Positions 28,551 to 41,364 of a DNA stretch of 64,000 nt are shown here, one piece after another. Source of the DNA: Phoronis australis (lineage: Eukaryota; Animalia; Phoronida). Every line of letters starts with the position of its first letter. The first letter of the stretch is position 1. The translations under genes and the position numbers were made by a program. Below the pieces are notes generated by a model that was not told the DNA's origin, ran no database searches, and saw nothing but the letters and a program-made list of their open reading frames with translations. The stretch spans positions 908,010-972,009 of the forward strand of contig NMRA01000105.1 in assembly GCA_002633005.1 (NCBI GenBank), written 5' to 3'.

Positions 28551-28670
28551 CACCATTCATTTACAGTCTACACCATTCGTTTACAGCCTACACCATTCAT
28601 TTACAGTCTACACCATTCATTTACAGTCTATACCATTCATTTACAGTCTACACCATTCACTTACAGTCTA
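28551..28670. repeat. Minisatellite, 20-bp unit CACCATTCATTTACAGTCTA x6
   Basis: Direct tandem copies with 0-2 substitutions. Degenerate copies continue upstream to ~28425. Confidence 0.95.
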
Positions 28671-29400
28671 CATACACCATACATGTGTTAAAGCCACGAG
28701 CTTGATGAGTGCTTACAATTATTACTATCTCATAAAGTCGGGGTTTCCGCAGCTCTCAAGGCAAAATGGTTTACGCCATTTTACGCCCATTGCGGATTAG
28801 TTATGGAACCCATGCACTGGTGTGGATTTCTGCGTGAGTGGGAGCGTACAGTAAAATCTCACCATCTTCGCACAAAAAATGCCACTTTTTCATTGTTTCA
28901 AGGATTTTTAACAATGTTGCGAATGCACAGTTTTTCAAAAATATGATCTGATGGTAGCCATGGTAACAAACTTGAACATGGTAAGGAATTAACTTCTTAA
29001 TTAGTACACAAGATTTATAAACGAACGAGAAAATGAAACTTCATGTGCTCACCATATTGTGTCCTAAACGATTGGGATTAATGTACATTCCAAGGCGACA
29101 ATTTCAAGAGCAGGGAAATACTTAAAACAGAAACATCATTTCCAATCCATTATTGATATCGTTCTATCACCATCGATCCTTCTGCAGGGCAATGAAAATT
29201 AAGCATACAAATCTACAAGAAAATTTCAACAATAAAGCGCTGCTCCTGCTTTTCCAAAACTAATCCAGGGCTTCCATCATTTATTTGCGATATCGGCCTG
29301 GCTCATCTGATCAAAGCTTTGAAACTTGGCTTCAGAAGTATATCCCAGTGTGTTAATTTAATAAAACTAATCCGTTATAGTACTTTTCCGCGTAGTTAGG

Positions 29401-29940
29401 AAGTTCGGTAAACTGTTTCCTCGCGTGTTTAAGGTAGTCAATTACATGCCTGGTTATCAACACAGTAAACACTTAGTTTGGAAATACTTTGACAATGGGA
29501 ATTACGGATTGCTACCGGCATGCGGTGTTCATGAAAGTAGGATAAAAGCTATACACATAGATGTATATCACCCATGACAAGAAAAAAGACTGTATTTGCA
29601 AGAGTGGTACCCGGATGTTAATTACAGTACAAAGCTTGATACATTTCTGCTATCAAGTTAGATTTTGCTTTGAATGTTATTTAACACTGGCTTTACCATC
29701 CGCCTCAGATTATCAAATCATACATAATTGCTATTGAATCTGGGCGACAAACTCATATTGACCGACAGCAGTGTTTCGGTTTTGCACATTTTGAACTGAA
29801 AAAGATATAGAAGACGAGTTTTACATGTATTTGCGCACTGTATTCGAGTCTCAGGAAGGTATCTATTGTGTCGAAATTCAGATGTTCATGTAACTCAATC
29901 GCCAGTAATTTAAAAGATTATTAAAGGCTAAATATATTTA
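29401..29940 (+). mobile_element. Decayed non-LTR retrotransposon (CR1/L2-group) ORF2 C-terminal remnant
   Basis: From 29701, across frameshifts: RLRLSNHT-IAIESGRQTHIDRQQ..DIEDEF..CALYSSLRK. This matches the RLSxHxLxIExGR..EDExH..CxxYxxLR tail of CR1/L2-type RT proteins. Confidence 0.75.
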
Positions 29941-30309
29941 AATTTGTTCATTGGGATTTGCTCTAAGAGAGAAAATCGGAGGGTCTTCTAATCGTTGATA
30001 AAATATTTTGTTTTGCTCCTCAGGTGAGTATGTAGCTGGTTGCGATGACGCTTTTGTGTGTTTCCTGCAACTTTGATGTTTTTTTCACATATTTATTGTA
30101 CTACGAGCCAATACAATGAATACACAAAAAGACTAGGAAAAGTATAAAAATGAACTGAATCAGAAGGATTAATTATTCACTGAATGTGAACTGCTTAAAA
30201 CGTTTTCCACTGAGATATCATGTTTTCGCAATATGAGACACCATTGACCAAAAACACCTGGGTCAATATTAAAACGACACAAGTTACAGGCTTTAAGTGT
30301 CCTTTTGGT

Positions 30310-30675
30310 TCGCGAGATGCGCCGATTGAAAAAAAGACTGATGTATTGCAATGTCAAAGATTTTACGATGACACTTGGCTTACCTAAAAAACCAACTGCT
30401 GTCTGGTGGTTTGGTGATTGGCTCAATTACGTTGCACACCCAGCAGAATTAAGGCAAAACAATAATATTGCAGCATTAAACAAACGTTTTAGGTTTCAAA
30501 AGTCACATTTCTTGTCCTAATTTCAAAATTTAAAAAGCTAATCACATGTGCTTTTCACGACCTATTCCAAAATGCTGTTAACAAACTTTGAAAAAGGAAA
30601 TTTTAAAAATACTCTTATCGCACCCAATGTGTTTATGATGTGTCTCGTTATCTAGAGAACTGTAAGATAAGCAGC
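30310..30675 (+). mobile_element. Interspersed repeat copy 2 (see 8241-8620)
   Basis: Homologous to the minus strand of ~8261-8620. The frame CNVKDFTMTLGLPKKPTAVWWFGDWLNYVAHPAELRQ is open in this copy. Confidence 0.8.
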
Positions 30676-31035
30676 CTGAGGCGTTTTAATAACTCACAAC
30701 AGCATGGTATCTTTGACCTAAACCGGCAGATTCTGTGGTTTGCAAACCGGTCGAGTTGCTCAATCTTGACCGGTTAGGCTGTCAACGTAGGCTTCTTTTC
30801 ATATCACGAAAGTCGCATTTTTGAGACTGGAATTGCAAAGTTTTAAGGCATGTAACAAGCGAATGCGAGTGCATTGCAAAATAGGTTTATGAATGTAATG
30901 TTGCAATGACGGTGTGATTCACCTATTTACACTATTTGTTCTATGATGACATTTTCACAGCCTACTTGACATATATCCCAACGGTTTGTAAGGGGATTTT
31001 TACTTGTCTGTATACTCATGTATACAGTGGCCAGT

Positions 31036-31472
31036 GCCCGGTTGCATGAAACAGTCCCAAATAGGGACTCGACTAAGGTCTTTAAATGTTTTTCGTATTT
31101 ATTTCGTCCTTTACCGACACAGATGGAATATTTGTCCTAAAATTTTATCTTTCTTATGAATTCCCTTTCACTAATGCCATTTTCTCTTAACTAAAATTGA
31201 CCACTTTAAATTTAGTCAAAATGATTACAACCTTAGTCCTTAAATTAGGGTCGTTGCATGAAAAGATCCCAACTTATTTTCAGTCACATTGAGAATTCAA
31301 CGTAGAGTTCACTCTCGATTTATATCAAAGCCAAAGATTGACTTACTTGTAGTAATGCCTGGCTCAAACAGCATAAGAAAGGACAATCAGTGTTTTCACA
31401 AGACCACAAATACGGCAGTAGATTTAGAGAACTTAGTTGTGTCCCTATTTGGAACTGTTTCATGCAACTGCC
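31036..31472. mobile_element. MITE ~435 bp with 28-bp TIRs (PIF/Harbinger-like by inference)
   Basis: GTTGCATGAAACAGTCCCAAATAGGGAC (31041) and GTCCCTATTTGGAACTGTTTCATGCAAC (ends 31468) differ by one mismatch. An internal partial TIR copy GTTGCATGAAA lies at ~31253. The TSD could not be resolved. Confidence 0.8.
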
Positions 31473-34400
31473 AAATGTTGAGACTTTAAACTCCACTATA
31501 TAGTCATTTACGCTACATGTAGTTTCAGAGTGAGAATTTCATCCGGTCTTCGGTTTAAGTGGATGATTTACTGTATGTGCGGATCCGGCAAAACAGACCC
31601 TTAATTAGAATATTTCACGAAAAAAATACTTAATTCTGGTGAGCAAGGAATTCTTAAAAAAATAGACAATTAGGGCCGTTCACACATGACCGTCATGTGG
31701 AGAAACACTCGAGACTTTCAGAATTGATAATGACTTCTCTAGCTTTAATCAATAAAAGTAATCTGGATATCACTTAACAAAAGGGAAAGTGCTGGTAAAT
31801 AAGTGAGTATCTACTGGCATTTCCTGATGAAATTTATGATCTTCTGCCTTCAAGTTATTGGAAATTGAAAGATCGACCGCTTGAGTAATTCTCGATTAGA
31901 TTTTACATTTGCTATGGATAATGTAAGTATCCTAATTTCGCTAACCTAAGATTGGAGAACGATAAAAAGCAGCCGGTGTTAGTTTTTCACAAGCGAACGA
32001 AGTCAAGTATTAAGGTTTTCTTCAAAATCAAAGTGCGGTATTTGAAATTGTAGCAGACGATAAGGTCTCCGGTGATGAGCTTAAATCAAAAGTGTGAACC
32101 AATGTACTCTAAAAAGAGTGAGCGCGGCTACTACGTTCCGTACACGCGAAATTTTCGCGGGTAAGGCCATTGTGATTGATCACGTGATTTGCTTGCATGC
32201 CTGGCAATATCTCGCGAAATCTTGTGTCACCTTACGTTTTGCGAGATTCTTGTGTCTACGAATGCTTTCTGGGAGCTTAAAAATCGATCGCTTCCGGCAG
32301 TATTTCGCAACTACAGTCAATCTGAATACGCATCGTTTGATCAAAACCTGCGAATTAGCCTTTTAGCTGCCTAATCGATATAATTATTTTCTCAGCGATT
32401 TCATTGAAAAATCTCAGTTGAGTTACCCTTAATGGGCCAGTGACATCACCCGTAAGGTATTAACATCTCGGCTACACTAAAATACTATGGTCGTCGAAGA
32501 TATAGTATTGGAATCGGAAGTGAGCAAAACCGCCAACAGCTTTGTAAATAGTGATGCATTGTTTTGTAATAGATTCGTGTTATTTTTGTACTATTGTCAG
32601 GGAGTACCAACGTACGACGTGACCGGGCTACAGGAGAGGAAACTGGACTGCGTTCCGAACACTCATGGAACTCGCGAAAGAAATCGCGAACGTCGCTTAA
32701 ATACCTGGGAATAATTTTGGTCCTAGTTAAGTACATAGAGATATCCTCCGAATTCGAGCGTGAACTTTCGTTTTCTCGAGTCAATAATTGTTCCTACGGA
32801 ACGCACTCCTGGGGTCGGGGTCTAATCTTTACACTCGATATCTTCGAACTCCAATTTTTTGACAATTTTCGTTTTCCTTTAAAACACAGTGAAAATAAGT
32901 ATAATTATGTTTTCTCTTCTCGGGTATGTACGTTATGGTTAATGCTGACGAGTTCCTAGTTTAATTCGTACTTGATGACCCCTAGATGTGAGCTACAAGT
33001 TCAAGTAAAAACACACATTGCGAGTTTGAGACTTCGACTTTGGACTTCAGCTTCGAACAGATAACACCAGTGCGATGTCATCAAGTGCACTTTTCTAGAG
33101 GCCGCACAAAGGTAGAAAGGAAAATGTCAAACAAAATGTAGAACTCAATTTTGAGTAGGAAGACCTCGGGCTCTTACCCCCAACACTGAGTTTTTGTTAC
33201 AAGAACATTTTTCAACCAGCTTGAGGGAAAAGACTACGCATAAGTTCACGTTTAAAAAATTTTCATGGAAACCTTTAACGTGGTCAAATTAACCGCGATA
33301 ACAAAGAAGTTTGGAATCACCTGAAAATGCTTGAAACTTTTAATGCAAAACGACGCTAGTTTTAGCGTGAGTTTCGTGATTTGGGAAACAGACTAACCCA
33401 TCCGTATACTACTTTTTAGCTAAAAGTCAAAAGACAAAACGAATAGACTTTTCGAGAAACAGCTCGCACAAGTTCTTGATTTCCAGTTCCATGTACTGAC
33501 AAGAGGGACCGTTAGTATGAGTGGAGGTATTTGTGCAAGCACGTGACTTAAAAGTAGCTAACGTAAAATACATGGAACTGAAGCCAAAGATCCGGGTTCA
33601 TCGATCGAAAGCCAAAATACACATGTACATGTAGTACCTAGCGCGTTATTTATGACGCAGATGCGTTCTATTTTGTTAATTAGCAAGAGTTCTTTATATC
33701 AAATAAAGTTATACAAACGAGTATCCTGAGGCAGTAACAATTAATTTGTTAATGAGCAGTCGCTTTCGATTCAGCTTATTGTAATCATTTTCATGAATCT
33801 ACTAATTGATAGCTAATGGTATTTTCTTAAGGACTATGCGCTATCAAACTTGACACCACGTGCCTGGTATTTAAGTTTTTGACTGGAAGCTCTTAGACCA
33901 AAGTTAGTAGAATACTGTTTCTAATCTCAAAATTACTTGAGGCGAGACGACGTGCACTCTCAGAGGCCCGCAAATCTATAGAACTTCAAACTTAGTAATG
34001 CAGGTTTGGGAAGATTTGACACGAGCAGTTTCAAAATTATGTGGCCGGAAGCAAATATAGGACAACAAAGTATTTTTTCTTTACCCTTTGAGAAAATCGA
34101 GTGCAAAGATTTGCAACATGACTGTAAATGTCTGTTAGTGTTGGGTAAAATTTTCGAATGCTCATCTTTAAATTTGGGAAAATTCTGTGTCTCCGTCTGT
34201 TACCGATTGCAAAATCTTGTTAACTGGACAGATTATCCCTGGGATGCGCTCCGTAAGTTTAGTTTCTTACGAGTTCGGCTAGACTCCTGAGTCACGCATG
34301 ACTGAGATATCGCCGTGTATTACAAGCGAAGCATGTGAACTATCATATTTCACTCTACCGTGCATTTACAGTGTACCTTCCGTTACGTAACGGACCTAAT

Positions 34401-34893
34401 TCTGAGAACTTGTAAAACCTTGTCTAGTTTCATTTACCTAAACAATGAAACCAATCAAAACCGTATAAAACAAGGAGTGGTAATCTTGAGCCCAGGTGTG
34501 TTTACTTCAGAAAGCACGGGAGAGATCTTCATGGGATTTATTGACATCTGCCACTTAGATAAATGAGGTTTGCGGGACGGGGAAAACGAGTCACGCACTT
34601 CCGACACAGGCACTGAAATTACCTGCGGAAAATGTGCCTGATTGTGGTAAGGGTTTCTTGTACGTAGAGATCGAGGTACGTGCAAATCGATACTGTTTTC
34701 CATACCTCTTAGATTTCTAGGTGGACTTTGGTTGTCAGCAAACCATGACGAAAATTTCACTAACTGTGGACAAGCAAATCAGACCAAGCATGATTCAACT
34801 ACAGAAGTCAATAAATCCCGGCATGTGCTTCTAAATGTAGAGATTTGTAAATTGCCGATTGAATTAAGGACACAAGTGTACAACTGCATACAT

Positions 34894-36028
34894 ACATGAG
34901 TGCCGCATTGATCAGTTAATTATCAGCGATTATGACAAGCTTTGGACTGGAAATGACAAACCACTAAACCGCTATCAATCACGTTTATTAAGTTACAAAT
35001 CCGTGATGATAGCAAGAAATTGATCAACAATTCCAGCAAGACGTTTTTCTTAGATCATAAACACGTAGTCATAAAATGAAAAATGTATTAAGTATAATGC
35101 GCTCGCCTAAGACATTCTATGTTCATATACGTGTGGAAAATACCCACTCTCAACACATAGCACTCTGAGACCTGATGGCTGCAAGAAAAGAATTTTCATC
35201 ACTGAAAAATCCTTCTGAAAACAGTATACGTGTATAGTTATATGTCTTTGTTACATACAGTCGTTCAATAATTATCATTATTCCAAATATACCATGAATT
35301 TAGTATTTAAAACAAGAGCAATATGTCCGTAATCATCCTCGTACACTGTACGCATGTAGTGTAATATGTAAATACACGATGGTACAGTGAAATATGTAAA
35401 TACACGATGGTACAGTGTAATATGTAAATACACGACGGTACAGTGTANACATGAGTGCCGCATTGATCAGTTAATTATCAGCGATTATGACAAGCTTTGG
35501 ACTGGAAATGACAAACCACTAAACCGCTATCAATCACGTTTATTAAGTTACAAATCCGTGATGATAGCAAGAAATTGATCAACAATTCCAGCAAGACGTT
35601 TTTCTTAGATCATAAACACGTAGTCATAAAATGAAAAATGTATTAAGTATAATGCGCTCGCCTAAGACATTCTACATGTATGTTCATATACGTGTGGAAA
35701 ATCCCCACTCTCAACACATAGCACTCTGAGACCTGATGGCTGCAAGAAAAGAATTTTCATCACTGAAAAATCCTTCTGAAAACAGTATTCGTGTATAGTT
35801 ATATGTCTTTGTTACATACAGTCGTTCAATAATTATTATTATTCCAAATATACCGTGAATTTAGTATTTAACACAAGAGCAATATGTCCGTAATCATCCT
35901 CGTACACTGTACACATGTAGTGTAATATGTAAATACACGATGGTACAGTGTAATATGTAAATACACGATGGTACAGTGTAATATGTAAATACACGATGGT
36001 ACAGTGTAATATGTAAATACACGATGGT
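34894..36028. repeat. Tandem duplication of ~555 bp across an N join (34894-35447 and 35449-36028), each copy ending in a 28-bp minisatellite
   Basis: The copies differ by a handful of SNPs and one 6-bp indel. Unit AGTGTAATATGTAAATACACGATGGTAC occurs ~3x (35358-35447) and ~4x (35919-36028). N at 35448. Confidence 0.95.
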
Positions 36029-39000
36029 GCTGTTTATCCATTGGACACTCGATCGAACTCCAGGTACACAAGGGACACCATGTTACAATGATTGCCGCAT
36101 TTCGAGACTGTGTCCACAAAGCGACAAAGTGTAATAGATAGACAGCAACAATCTTTAAAACAAGATGAACGACTGATTTCAAATAACAAATTAAATCGGT
36201 GGAAACTTCGTAATAGGTCTCGTTAACAAATCAATTTAATACAGAGTATGTGATTTCTATATTTATGTTCCATCAGTGTGTTAACAAATCGGGGCAAAAC
36301 TCCTGGAAACGAATCGAGTGGTGTTTTCTGTTGAAATCCTCGTTTACAATTAACGCTGTCCTCCAATAATACGTTCAAACTCACTGAATTGAATGAAACA
36401 CTGCCTATAAATTGCTATTTAAATGAACGGATTACGTTAGGGGCATTAACACACGTTCAATTGAGTATTTTCAATCAAAGATCGAAGATATTGATGACTG
36501 GAACTAAAATAAATGGGTTACCATCTGCAAAATAAGATGTAAAACGTTATGGCTTGCCGAAGACAATCATTTAATGCCTTTTCTCATTTTTATCCAGCTA
36601 CGACCTGCATGTAAAGCATCTTTAACGGGCCAATTAGAATTTACTTCCGCCTAGGATTCGGTTATCCACGTAATGCACTTAGAAGTCAATTGTCCTCCAT
36701 ATCTGCTGGCACCTGCTCGCTGATTTCGGAATTTTAAAGTTTTCGAAGTCTTTGAGAACTTTAAAATTCCCAAATCAGATTTGCAACGTACTATATTAGT
36801 GTTGTTACCAAAGTTAATCGGATCATAAAACAACCATCTTTTGTTACGTGAACTTCGCAACCATACACAGTCCCAAATTTAAAAACACTGATGTCAAAAA
36901 GTTTGTTCCAAAAACCCAACCGAGTCTCCTGAGTCCACTACTCTCTACTCAAAGCCTATCTGAACTCATTGATTGAAACACGAATGCGGATGACCGGCCT
37001 CGTTTTCAAATATGGATATATCAAATAAAAACTAGGAAAATGACTAAATTTGAACGGTTTAATTTTTATGTCGTTTGCTAAATCATGACTTTAACTTTCG
37101 GCAAAGGCATTTTGATAAAATGAGGTGTGGAAGAAGAGATGTGTGTCATATGTCATTCTTTCGCATACAGTTTGCGTTGCTGACTTCTTTCTTCGCCTGA
37201 CTTGAATAGCCATTGTATTCAGCTTCATTGAAGGATGTACATTGTAACTACATAACCAACAGTACGTGTGGAGAATTTCTCGCTTACACTGGTGGCTGCT
37301 CTGATTCCCTAAGCCCCAGACAACTTTTAATTTGTCTATTCAGCACGCCCTTTGTATTGATGTAGTTCTGAGCTAATGAAATGGAAAGGCATTTGTCTCA
37401 ACTATGGTTGTTGTTAGTACCCCCATTTTGGTTTTCTCTGACATTTGCAGAGTTATAGCCTGCAACTCTGGAGAGTAGTTTTAACTTGGTACATTATGAA
37501 TATTACGAAATGACTAAAAAGGTTAACTTGTGTTCATCTTCACAAAGGAACACATTCCCAAGGCAAGTTTCATATTGGTTTTCTTTATTTAATTTTTAAT
37601 GCTTCTGCCCACTTGTTTTTTTTTCTTACTGGAAACGGGTTGATAACTTTTTATCAAAGTTTTGAACTTGAAGTACCAAAACATTGGTAGATTTTGATAG
37701 CCAGCTTAACTTAATTAGTTAAGTTCATTGTGAGCCCATCCCTAAACTTACCACATTACAGGTACACTAAACATTTCACGTGTCATTAAAGTTTAATATT
37801 TATTAGAACTTAAATCATAAAATATGTACAAAAGTGCAAATATGGTGATAACTAAACGAAAGATTTGGAATCTCTGGACAATTTCGGTGGCACTGACTTT
37901 ATAACTATGCTAGCTCTTTGTCAGTAATAAAAAATAAAAAGTGGACACAACAACTGTTTCCTGGTCAAAAATCTGGTTAAACGAGATTGAAAGAATATTA
38001 AAATATGAAACCATGTAATATTGTTAACTCTGATCAGCGTTTGTATATCCACCGAGTATATCAATACGCCACGTAGTTTATCTTCAGTCGTACCCAATTG
38101 TTGTTGTTTTTAGATTATTAGTTAATCGATTTTTAAAATTCGAAAACCGTACTTGGTTGTTCTTTTTCAGCTGAATTCCGCCGTGGTGTTCGTTTATATC
38201 GAAAATTAGTGATTAATGCATTTTGAAAATTCGCCATTAGGTACAGTCAGAGATGTTTAATACAGTTTATGGTCGGATAATTACATTAATTGGGTCTTGC
38301 TCGCATCGGGCAATGCGATCATCACAACTGTACCTGATTCCGGCGTCACGCTCTCTTTGATACTGGTACAACCGCTCAGGACGAGCGGTGAAAATTCCCG
38401 CACATCTTTAGAAATGCGTGACTTCCTTGTAAGCGTATTATTCACGGTTTGGCCGCGTTTCAGACAGCAAACATTAGGCCAAATTGTGTTCCACGGGCTT
38501 TTACCTGTAGCAGCTGTCTGTAGACAGGCTACAAGCAACCGCGTTTGAGTCCGGGGCGCATTACTTAAACACAAGACACTCGCAAGGCACTTGTGGCGAG
38601 AAATCTTCACTCGTGGAACGGAAACAATGATTTCTATCCCATAATTCAATATTCGAGTGTCGACAACCGATCTCTTCAGTGGCCGCCATTTTGCGAGCAA
38701 GGTTTTGAGCTTATTCGCGAAACTCTCTATGCGTGTTATTGCCTGTCCTGGCCAAACTCGCGAGAATTTTTCCCTACCGAACCCATGGCCAACACACGTT
38801 ACGATTTAGCCAATATGCACCATCCGTCATGTTAAAAACTGGGTATTATACACATACAGTCAGCGGAGTGTTTACTTTATCATTCCTTCTGAAATTTCAG
38901 TACGTATGTTTTACAAATCACTCTCACGAGTACTTTATATAATACGGAAATGTGGGCACGGGCCTAATTCCGACAGATTATATTGTGAAACTTAATGCAA

Positions 39001-40141
39001 AACGTTAAATTTCCGAGTTTGCTGCCGTAGTAAATTTGCTTGGCCCATTAGTATTTATATTTTACAGCATAGCCTACATGCCACATGAAAGAGTGAGTGT
39101 TGCTTAAAAGTACTCTGAAATTACAAACGCGAAGTTAAGTCCCCAATGTAAAGAAGATATCCCTGCTGTAAATATTTATAATCCATAAAAAGTTATAAAG
39201 CAAATTCCACCTCCTTCATTTCAAACGACACTCCCTGTCACGCGCATGACTATACATGCGTTTGCATTAAAACAATAGGTAGTTTTATGATGACATTTAC
39301 ATTGACCACAAAATATATGTTAATTGGCGTGCTATGAGAACTATTCCAACTACTTTATTACACTTATCGCGCGATATCTGTTCAAATGGACCGAGAGACT
39401 CGCATAAACGTAAATCACACCGTGTCTGCATAAACTCTATACCATACACCCGAGTAGAGATTCCGACGTCTGAGGTTAAGATACAAAAAGTACTCATTTT
39501 CTGCAACAAATCGTGCATGTCCTGGAGGATTTGCTTTTATACAGGTTTAAGAAAATCTCCAAATTGCAACCGATGAGCATAATACGATCGCAATGCGTCC
39601 TGTCTGATATTGCAGACCGAAGATATTTTCTCATTAATTATTTTTAAACATCTTGATTTTAATTGATTTAAATAGCAGGCCCCACGGTCTAGAACACAAG
39701 TGTACATATATACTACTATTCTGTTAGACTGCTATAGTAAATGAGATTCCAGGTAAAAATGTCACATGTATGGATAGGCCTACGTAATTACTCTGGGTGA
39801 ATCCTGGCGTAACGAGTTTACTATTGTATTATTTACTGAATGTACTTATCTAACTGATGACTCATTTCTCTGTTTCTAACACATTGGCCTAATTAACATA
39901 AAAGGACATTAGAAAAAGCTATGAAAGCGGGGGAAGGAAAATAAGCAAATATGTCACACTAAACTTCGAGATAAAGGAGATATTATCGTATTAACCACCG
40001 CAAAACGCAATTTTAGGATTGTCGTTGAACATGAAGACTTTTTAAAGTTATTAGCTTTAACCAGAGCTACATGTTTAACAACATTCGTTGTTTTTGGAAT
40101 TTGACTACAAATCGCCAACTCTCTCTGTTGTCTAACAAACA

Positions 40142-40198
40142 TTGGCTGTAACCATGGTAGTTGGCTGTAACCATGGTAGTTGGCTGTAACCATGGTAG
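40142..40198. repeat. 19-bp tandem repeat TTGGCTGTAACCATGGTAG x3
   Basis: Three exact copies. Confidence 0.95.
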
Positions 40199-40236
40199 TT
40201 GACTATACTACTTAAATACGCTTTTTGCCATCTACT

Positions 40237-40386
40237 CAGTGACGGAAAGGGGTGGAGGAAGCCATGGCCCCTAAATTGTCCCATATTCCATGTGACAGTT
40301 CGAGGGTGCTAATGTCTGACGGGCAAAATCCTGGCTAAAAAATACTCTGCCCCCCTACTTAACTCAAAATCCTGGATTCGCTCCTG
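40237..40386. mobile_element. MITE of the same family as 5359-5522; 5-bp TSD CTACT
   Basis: Ends are CAGTGACGGA...TTCGCTCCTG. CTACT sits at 40232-40236 and 40387-40391, and the internal motifs are shared with the 5359 copy. Confidence 0.85.
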
Positions 40387-40392
40387 CTACTG

Positions 40393-40468
40393 CATGGGTA
40401 GCGCAGGACTGAAAAAAGTGGGGGCTATAGCCCCCCTCCCCCCAGCCCCCTATGATGCGCCGCCCATG
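40393..40468. mobile_element. 76-bp MITE, CATGGG...CCCATG ends; 5-bp TSD TACTG
   Basis: TACTG sits at 40388-40392 and 40469-40473. The interior has GGGGGCTATAGCCCCC. Confidence 0.8.
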
Positions 40469-40845
40469 TACTGATTGGGATTTGGCTCAGTCAGCATAAC
40501 GTAATATTACCTTAATTAGATTTGCCCGAAAAAAGGAAGGAAAATTACTCATTTTCCGCGATCACACTGAAAATGTGTCGATTGTTCAAAACACGGACTA
40601 ATGTGACTGCTTATTTTGGTACTATTTATGCGTGAATTTAAACAGTACACACCATGGATTTTTGCACATTTTGAATTACCGGTGGCCACAGACTAAATGT
40701 ATGACGTAAAATTTAGCTAAATCCATGTTAATTTTGTATAGTTAGCTCGAAATTTTGATTTTTCTTTCAATTTTGCCAATTTTCACATTTCCCGCCATGT
40801 GACGTCATGGGTTGAACACGAGAGATCAGTGACTAGTATTGAACA

Positions 40846-41107
40846 ATGGCGGAGAGTAGGCAATTTGAAAGCGACGACGATTATGAGCAAGAATTGAACG
40901 AATACTATGAAGAAACGTACGCAAATGGTAGCCAGGATGAAGAAATGGGGTTGCACGAAAGCGGAAACGAGTTTGATGTGCTTCCGGCTGCGTACTTTTC
41001 TACGCTGAGGCCTTACGATCTCCCGCGAGAGAAGCGGTCTCGGGCTCGACGAGTCAACCCAGTCATCCAACAGACGCTCCTGAATAAAGAGCCGATGTTT
41101 CTGAATG
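40846..41107 (+). pseudogene. KolX-like (P2X7 ballast-like) first exon relic
   Basis: Acidic N-terminus MAESRQFESDDDYEQELNEYYEE...LRPYD. A shifted frame ends RADVSEW at a GTAAAT donor (41108), where W-C-x-C would begin in KolX-type proteins. Confidence 0.5.
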
Positions 41108-41121
41108 GTAAATATTGCTCC

Positions 41122-41364
41122 TTATTGAACCAGGCCTTCATCGTAACGTTTCCTCTGACTGGAGTCGAAACACGAGTCCTCAAAGTGGGCAGAACACAGA
41201 GTGGCCCCGGACCGAATCGCTTAATTGGTCCACGCTGAGGTCCCACACTCTCGTTCGGAGCACGAAGCGATGCCACTTCTGCGCAAATTCGGCGTCCTTC
41301 GAAACACCGAGACGTTCTCCATCTGGCTGGTGTTGCTGCAGCTTCAGCAAACACATCTTTTTAT
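41122..41364 (-). pseudogene. THAP zinc-finger relic (transposase N-terminus)
   Basis: Across two frameshifts: IKRCVC*SCSNTSQMENVSVF / KDAEFAQKWHRFVLRTRVW..GHSV / CSAHFEDSCFDS. The C2CH ligands and the W and F signature are present. Confidence 0.8.

Noticed and set aside
28551-28670. 20-bp repeat array as CRISPR
   Set aside because: Units are head-to-tail with no unique spacers, there are no cas genes, and the context is eukaryotic. The same applies to the 28-bp and 19-bp arrays.
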